Origin: Gemmatimonas sp.
GTDB taxonomy: Bacteria > Gemmatimonadota > Gemmatimonadetes > Gemmatimonadales > Gemmatimonadaceae
DNA: 64,000 bases
Direction of reading: 5' to 3'
Assembly: GCA_965279375.1 (NCBI GenBank)
Contig: OZ257156.1
Location: forward strand, 1,568,001 to 1,632,000
The position numbers and the translations under genes are program-made. This document shows, in pieces, positions 58,619 to 64,000 of the stretch; position 1 is the stretch's first letter; each line of letters starts with the position of its first letter. The notes under the pieces are model-generated. The model saw only the letters and a program-made list of their open reading frames with translations, made no database searches and had not been told where the DNA came from.

Positions 58619-60210
58619 TACATAGCCGACTTGACCGGCGCCTTCCTCGGAAACAGCCCCGCGCGATTCGCCGTGTGGTACACGAACGATGCGATGACCG
58701 CCGCGTTGAGCTTCATGTCCGCTTCCTGCACGCGCTCGTAGGTATCCATGTTGGAGTGATGCGTACGCGTGCCGTACTCCACGTCGTCCTGAATGAACTG
58801 GAAGCCCGGAATGCCCACGCCATCGAACGACAAATGATCGGTGCCACCCGTGTTGGCCAGCGTGACCGCCTTCACGCCCTTGTCTTCGAACGGCTTCATC
58901 CACGCACGAAAGATCGGCGCGGCCGCAGCGTTCCCCTGCTCGAACACGCCGCGAATCGCGCCCGTGCCGTTGTCAAGGTTGTAGTACGCCGACAGCTTGC
59001 CGGCTTCAGCCTTGGCCGAGTCGCGCGTGCCAAAGTGATCGCGTACGTACGCGCGTGAACCGAGCAACCCCTGCTCCTCACCCGTCCAGAGCGCGATGCG
59101 AATCGTGCGCTTGGGCTTGAGTCCGGTCGCCTTGAGAATGCGCACGGCTTCCAGCATCGCCGCCGATCCCGCGGCGTTGTCCGTCGCACCCGTACCCGCA
59201 TGCCACGAATCGAAGTGCGCACCCAGCATCACCACTTCGTCCTTGAGCTTCGGATCCGTTCCCGGAATCTCGGCGATGATGTTGAACGAGTTCAGGTCGT
59301 TGTCGTAGAACGTGTTCTTGACCTCGAGCTCCATCTGCACCGGCGATCCCTTTTCGAGGTTGCGCAGAATGCGGCCATAGTGCTCGATCGCCAGCACGAT
59401 CAGCGGCGTTCCGTACGGAGTTTTTGGATCGCGCGATTGTCCATTGTTGGTGAACACCGTTCCGCCATCACCACGTCCCGGCTCCAGCACCGCCGCAACA
59501 TGCTCATCGGCGATGAACGCCTGACGCCGCGCTGCCGTCGCCTGTGAGGCGCGTTGTGCTTCCAGCTGTCGCAGGCGCGCGCTGTCCTGCGCCGTCACCG
59601 GCGCAGACGCCGTCGCTCGCGGACCAACCTGTCCCTGCGGCGCGGGCGCCGGTGCCGCCTCCATGCGCGCCAACTCCTCATCCGTGCGACGTGATGCCAG
59701 CGGCGCGAAATTCGGGGTCACATCGCGCATCGGCGACAGCATGACGATCTTGCCGGTCAGCTTGCCGCGGTACTTCGCGTAGTCCGCTTCACTGTCGATT
59801 TTCACGTAGACCACGTCGCTCTTCACCAACCCGTTGGTGCCCGGAGTCCACGCCTGCGGATAGCCGATCGCAGCAAAGGCCACGGGCGATGTGACCTGTG
59901 CGTAGAACTTGTCGTTCGTCCAGCCGCGCCCGAACGGACCCCACGTCTCCAGTCGCGCGTTGGAAACACCCCACGACTTGAGTTGCGCGATCGTGTAGTC
60001 CGCCGCGCGTCGCGTTACCGGTGATCCCGTCAGTCGCGGGCCATGCACGTCGGTGAGGTACGACATCAGCGACATCACCTGCGAGCGATTGAACGCTTCG
60101 TCGCGGATCTTCGAGACGGCGACGCCATCCACCGGTTCGTCGGTCTGCGCAGCGAGTGGTGTCGAACAGACCGCGAGCGGAACGCTCAGCGGTAGCGCCA
60201 GCGTCATCAT
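58618..60210 (-). CDS. M28 peptidase (carboxypeptidase Q-like), secreted
   Basis: LTDVHGPRLTGS, LGAHFDSW, GATDNAAG, WTGEEQGLLGS, YYNLDNG, GGTDH, THH..D; start uncertain. Confidence 0.9.
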   Translation of the reverse strand: MMTLALPLSVPLAVCSTPLAAQTDEPVDGVAVSKIRDEAFNRSQVMSLMSYLTDVHGPRLTGSPVTRRAADYTIAQLKSWGVSNARLETWGPFGRGWTNDKFYAQVTSPVAFAAIGYPQAWTPGTNGLVKSDVVYVKIDSEADYAKYRGKLTGKIVMLSPMRDVTPNFAPLASRRTDEELARMEAAPAPAPQGQVGPRATASAPVTAQDSARLRQLEAQRASQATAARRQAFIADEHVAAVLEPGRGDGGTVFTNNGQSRDPKTPYGTPLIVLAIEHYGRILRNLEKGSPVQMELEVKNTFYDNDLNSFNIIAEIPGTDPKLKDEVVMLGAHFDSWHAGTGATDNAAGSAAMLEAVRILKATGLKPKRTIRIALWTGEEQGLLGSRAYVRDHFGTRDSAKAEAGKLSAYYNLDNGTGAIRGVFEQGNAAAAPIFRAWMKPFEDKGVKAVTLANTGGTDHLSFDGVGIPGFQFIQDDVEYGTRTHHSNMDTYERVQEADMKLNAAVIASFVYHTANRAGLFPRKAPVKSAM

Positions 60211-60466
60211 TCGAATGGCGAACCGGTGTGCCACGCTGTGGGCACCGTGCGCGCCAAATTCGGAGCCGCGCGCGCGCGACCGCGAGAGACCTGCAATGAG
60301 CGAGACCATACCAACTCCCGGGCAGTTTCGGAGAATGCAGCGCCGCTGCGGCGTGTAACCTGCAGCGAACCAGACACTCCGCCTACGATGCACCCGGGAC
60401 GTTCGTTGAGCTACTGCGGATTGCGCTTGTCAGAGTGGCGCGGTCATCGCTCCGCGCCTGTGCTCG

Positions 60467-61078
60467 TCAGATCGAATCCGCCGATGACGCGCGCGTGGAT
60501 GGCGTCTCGCGTACTGCGCGCGCCGGGACCACCTGTGCATCGTTCACCACGTAGGCAAACTGTAGCGCATCACGTGGTACCAACACGCGCGCACGCCACG
60601 ACCCATCGCCCTCATGTGCCAGTGCGGTGGCGCCACGCTGCCAGGCGTTGAACTCACCAACGACGCTCGCCGAACGCACCTCGGGCCCGCGGAGAACGAA
60701 CTCCACAATGCGCAGCGTGTCCAGCAATCGCTCGCCCAGCGTGTCCGCACGCGCTGCACCCGACGTGTGCGCATGCGGGACTACGGAATCGCCGAGTATC
60801 AACGCCGATCCCACGAGTCCCCCCACCGCGCTGTGGCGCTCCACGCCGCGCAGCGTGATCATCGCCACCATTGCGGCCACCATCGCCATGCCGCCCATCG
60901 GAGTGAGCAATCCACGGCGCATCCAACGCGACGCACGCATGGGCGCCTCCATCAGACGTGGCGCCGGCTCGCGACGCACGCGGTCCATGATCGCCGAGCG
61001 CTGCGATGCGGAGCTCGATGCCGGGTGCCGCAGCGCGTCGCGCACCCACGGCGTGAGATGTTCGCGTGGTTCACGCAT
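60467..61078 (-). CDS. Putative anti-sigma factor with TM and C-terminal CBM48/AMPK-type glycogen-binding domain
   Basis: Overlaps the sigma gene stop; short N-terminal helix, TM, then VEFVL..P....VVGEFNAW..L....G.W...Y..N. Confidence 0.7.
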   Translation of the reverse strand: MREPREHLTPWVRDALRHPASSSASQRSAIMDRVRREPAPRLMEAPMRASRWMRRGLLTPMGGMAMVAAMVAMITLRGVERHSAVGGLVGSALILGDSVVPHAHTSGAARADTLGERLLDTLRIVEFVLRGPEVRSASVVGEFNAWQRGATALAHEGDGSWRARVLVPRDALQFAYVVNDAQVVPARAVRETPSTRASSADSI

Positions 61079-61718
61079 GGAGATGCTCCGAAAGCAACGC
61101 ACGCAACTGGGCACATGCCCGTTGCACACGCATTTTGAGGGCGGACACGCCGACGCCGGTGATGGTCGCCATTTCGTCGTAACTCAATTCATCAGAGAAG
61201 CGCAGCACGATCGCTTCCCGTTGCGCCGGACCCAGCTGCGCGAGCGCATGCGCCAGTTCTGCACTGCGTTCGGCGCGTGCCAACGTCTCGCTCGTGCTGT
61301 CATGCGGGCTGTCGGACTCGGCGAGTGTCGTCGGGTCCGGGCCCTCCCACTTCATGCGCCGTGTGGCGTGCGTGCGCGCCTGATTCACCACGATGCGCAA
61401 CACCCACGCGCCAAACTTGTCGCGCTCGCGGTAGCTGCCGAGGTGACGATACGCGCGAACGAACGAGTCCTGCACCACATCCTCGGCGTCGTCGCTGTCG
61501 CCCATCAGGTGCGTGGCCACGCGCAGACAGCGGGCGTGATGTCGATCCACCAGCAACGAGAACGCCTCGGCGTCGCCCGCCAGCACGCGGCGAACGATCG
61601 CGGCGTCCGGCGGTGACGGCGGGGAATCCGGCTGCGATTCCGGCAGCGATTCCGAAGGTGTGAGCCGGTGCGGGGCCATCGCTGGCTCCGACTCCGGCGG
61701 GACATCCGACGAGGTCAT
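61071..61718 (-). CDS. ECF RNA polymerase sigma factor
   Basis: GDAEAF..LV.RH, DAEDVVQD.F, F.AW..RI..N, REAIVLR..ELSYDE.A..G..LKMRV.RA. Confidence 0.92.
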   Translation of the reverse strand: MTSSDVPPESEPAMAPHRLTPSESLPESQPDSPPSPPDAAIVRRVLAGDAEAFSLLVDRHHARCLRVATHLMGDSDDAEDVVQDSFVRAYRHLGSYRERDKFGAWVLRIVVNQARTHATRRMKWEGPDPTTLAESDSPHDSTSETLARAERSAELAHALAQLGPAQREAIVLRFSDELSYDEMATITGVGVSALKMRVQRACAQLRALLSEHLHA

Positions 61719-61913
61719 GCCCACTAACTCGGGGTGGTGCGGGAACGTCACATCGCGGCTGCGGGTGACGACGGGGAGGGACGGATCGACTCGCTCGACG
61801 GCACGTGCACTCGTAACTTCGCGCGCATCGATCCACAGGGAAGCGGGTGACGGATGTTCTCCCTCATGCCCGCGCGTGACTGCTACCCCGAGCCCCCCGC
61901 CAGGATGCCCTCA

Positions 61914-62900
61914 ATGCCAATCAAGACGTTCCGCGCGATCGGTCTGCGCCTCGCGGCGCCTCTGATGCTCACCGGCTGCGCCGCCGCCGGCTCGTCGCCC
62001 TCCGCGACGGCCTCGTCACGCACCGCGGCGCCGCAGGCTGTGGCCGTGCAGGCCATCTCACGATTGGGGGACACGCTGCGGACGTTCCCACTCTCCGCCG
62101 AGGTGCGCACGCGATACGAACGACAGCTGGCGGAGGCGCAGCGAGCCTACGAGCACACCCCCACCAACGCCGACTCCATCATCTGGTATGCTCGGCGACT
62201 CGGGTATCTCGGGCGGCTGCGCGAGTCGATCGAGGTGTACGGGCGCGGCATCGCGCTCTATCCCGACAACCCGTGGTTCTATCGGCATCGCGGGCACCGC
62301 TACATCTCCGTGCGCGACTTCGATCGTGCGATCGCTGATCTCGAGCGCGCGGCGAAGCTGGTGCAGGGGAAGCCGGACATCGTGGAGCCTGATGGACAGC
62401 CCAACGCGGCCAACACGCCGATCGGCACGCTGCACTCCAACATCGACTACCATCTCGCGCTCGCGTACTACCTCAAGGGCGAGTACGCGAAGGCGTTGCC
62501 CGTGTATCGGCGCGACATCGCGACGGCCAACAACGATGACCGACGCGTGTCCACGACGCATTGGCTGTACATGAGTCTGCGCCTGCTCAATCGGCCGGAG
62601 GAAGCGGCGCAGGCGCTCGCCCCCATCCGGCGCGACATGAACGTGATCGAGAACGGCGTCTATCATCGCCTCGTGCTGCTCTACAAGGGACAGCTCTCCC
62701 CCGATTCCGTGTTGAGCGTCGGCCCCAACGGCGAGATGTCCGTGACCGATGCCACGGCCGCGTACGGCCTCGCCAACTGGCATCTGTACAACGGACGTCG
62801 CGCGCAGGCCGAGCCGTTGCTGCGCCGCATCATTGCCGGCGGGCAGTGGGGCGCGTTCGGGTTCATCGCCGCCGAAGTGGAGCTGGCGCGCCTGCGCTGA
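61914..62900 (+). CDS. TPR-repeat lipoprotein
   Basis: Lipobox LTGC; helical repeats (YRHRGHRY..FDRAIADL.RA, YHLALAYYLKG.Y). Confidence 0.75.
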   Translation: MPIKTFRAIGLRLAAPLMLTGCAAAGSSPSATASSRTAAPQAVAVQAISRLGDTLRTFPLSAEVRTRYERQLAEAQRAYEHTPTNADSIIWYARRLGYLGRLRESIEVYGRGIALYPDNPWFYRHRGHRYISVRDFDRAIADLERAAKLVQGKPDIVEPDGQPNAANTPIGTLHSNIDYHLALAYYLKGEYAKALPVYRRDIATANNDDRRVSTTHWLYMSLRLLNRPEEAAQALAPIRRDMNVIENGVYHRLVLLYKGQLSPDSVLSVGPNGEMSVTDATAAYGLANWHLYNGRRAQAEPLLRRIIAGGQWGAFGFIAAEVELARLR

Positions 62901-62914
62901 CGTGTGCGTCGAGG

Positions 62915-63262
62915 TCAGGCGCGCTTGTAGTCCACCAGAAAGTGCATGACACCGGCGGGCGAGGAGAATTCCGTCGGTGTCGCCTGTCCGGACAGATCGT
63001 AGCAGATGCGCAGCGTGTCGCCGTCGAGCGCAAAAATGGCGGGGAAAGTCTTGCCTGCGTTCGGCCCTTCAACGCCGGTCACCGACATGGACATGGGCGA
63101 CGTGCTCGCGTCGATCGACACCGTGCCCTTGTCGATCGTTGGCCCGACCGTGACGACGTACTCGCCGCCGGTGACGGTGAGTTGCATTGCCTGGAGCACT
63201 GGTGGCGGAAACGGTTGACCGGCCATGAGAGCCGTGGTGGGGACCCAGGTACCATCGATCAT
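62915..63262 (-). CDS. TIGR03067-type domain protein
   Basis: GTW....G...ID....P....G.N.GK...IF.LDGDTLRICY....PTEF. Confidence 0.75.
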   Translation of the reverse strand: MIDGTWVPTTALMAGQPFPPPVLQAMQLTVTGGEYVVTVGPTIDKGTVSIDASTSPMSMSVTGVEGPNAGKTFPAIFALDGDTLRICYDLSGQATPTEFSSPAGVMHFLVDYKRA

Positions 63263-63427
63263 TGCGAGTGTCTCCGAGCGGATGGAGTGCGTGCCGGTGT
63301 GAGTCCGGCGGTTGGAGCATCCATGGTAGGGAACCGAGGCGGCGCGCGCGTCACCCGAATGGGTGATTCTGCGCCGTGTGCACGCCGTGCGATCAACTAT
63401 TTGACGCAGCGTCGCGACGATCATCGG

Positions 63428-63471
63428 AAAAAAGCGACCCCGGTGCCAGCTCTTGCGAGCTAACACCGGGG
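63428..63471 (-). terminator. Rho-independent terminator
   Basis: CCCCGGUGUUAGCUC-GCAA-GAGCUGGCACCGGGG followed by UCGC-UUUUUU; fully paired only on the minus strand (two G-U pairs). Confidence 0.85.
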
Positions 63472-63547
63472 ATCCGTCTCCCGGTAAGGAGAAGCTGTGC
63501 TATTTCACTGCAACTGCGCGCTTCGCTCGAAAAACAGTTCCTTCTGC
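63428..63547 (-). ncRNA. Candidate sigma54-dependent small RNA (~120 nt)
   Basis: Lies between a -24/-12 promoter and a strong terminator; several stem-loops; no credible ORF with an RBS. Confidence 0.6.
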
Positions 63548-63557
63548 GAATGCGCGT

Positions 63558-63573
63558 TGCAAGCACAATGCCA
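63558..63573 (-). promoter_or_regulatory. Sigma54 (-24/-12) promoter
   Basis: TGGCATTGTGCTTGCA matches TGGCAC-N5-TTGCW with one mismatch and exact GG-N10-GC spacing. Confidence 0.75.
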
Positions 63574-63718
63574 CGAAGTCATTTCGGGACGACCCGTAAC
63601 TGTTGAGAAATTCTTGCCGTCTTCGATCACACAAAAGGCGAGTTTTTGTCTGCACTCACGACGCATACACACGCTTATGGAAGAGCCCGCTGTGTCCATA
63701 CCCGTGCGTCCATGCATA

Positions 63719-63746
63719 CAAACTGTTGCGCGACTGAAACAGTTTG
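63719..63746. promoter_or_regulatory. Palindrome CAAACTGTT-N10-AACAGTTTG (enhancer-binding-protein site or hisIE terminator)
   Basis: Perfect 9-bp AT-rich inverted repeat ~150 bp upstream of the sigma54 site, right after the hisIE stop. Confidence 0.5.
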
Positions 63747-63751
63747 CGCAT

Positions 63752-64000
63752 TCATCGTGCGCGTGATGCAAGTACTCGACGAACATCGTCCAACGATCCA
63801 CCGACGGCGCGCAATGCGACGAGCGCGTGATAGATGAGGTCGGCAACCTCCTCGCTCGCGCGCGGCAGGTCTCCGTCGGTGCACGCCACAGCAAGCTCGA
63901 CCGCTTCCTCACCCAACTTCTTGAGTCGCAGGTTACGGTCGCCCAACAGCTTGCGTGTATAGCTCGGTCTCGAGCTCTGAAGTGAGCTGTCGTTTGCTTC
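63752..64000 (-). CDS. hisE: Phosphoribosyl-ATP pyrophosphohydrolase (3' part; probably bifunctional HisIE)
   Basis: SYTRKL..KKLGEEAVE..EEVADLIYH..V; the frame runs off the window edge. Confidence 0.9.
   Translation of the reverse strand, partial: EANDSSLQSSRPSYTRKLLGDRNLRLKKLGEEAVELAVACTDGDLPRASEEVADLIYHALVALRAVGGSLDDVRRVLASRAR

Noticed and set aside
58227..59058. Two ORFs sharing the peptide YPWPSSSS
   Set aside because: An artefact of translating the two arms of the inverted repeat.
63595..63612. IHF site between the palindrome and the sigma54 promoter
   Set aside because: TCAACAGTTA is one base short of the WATCAA-N4-TTR spacing.
63497..63912. Cys-rich ORFs (63497-63766 plus strand, 63505-63912 minus strand)
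   Set aside because: No coding bias or motifs; they overlap hisE and the regulatory elements.

Overview
This is a GC-rich, gene-dense bacterial window. Its gene content points to Gemmatimonadota (inferred from several Hanks kinases with TolB_N/TPR tails, a BTAD regulator, a PEP-CTERM protein, an Oar-like barrel and many secreted peptidases). It holds about 45 genes: a GH115-GH43-aldose epimerase xylan cluster, a long minus-strand run (DUF5916 protein, lone plug domain, M28 peptidase, divergent murB, Oar-like barrel, propeller, zinc-ribbon protein), amino-acid catabolism enzymes and peptidases (M1, M16 pair, M19, M20, two M28), namZ, hemJ, four Ser/Thr kinases, a DUF305-LVIVD pair, an ECF sigma with a CBM48 partner, and the 3' end of hisIE. 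I saw no rRNA, tRNA, CRISPR array, transposase or phage genes. The best leads are: (1) a candidate ~120-nt sigma54-dependent sRNA near 63.5 kb; (2) a TonB/Oar-like barrel with a C-terminal Spy/CpxP-like LTxxQ domain; (3) MurB with Asp at the catalytic Arg position; (4) a ~187-bp fold-back element at 58.4-58.6 kb; (5) a BTAD-TPR regulator / PEP-CTERM cassette with a palindromic operator, a kinase-tail remnant and a 15-mer shared with another divergent promoter. All calls come from motif recognition by eye; no database searches were run.
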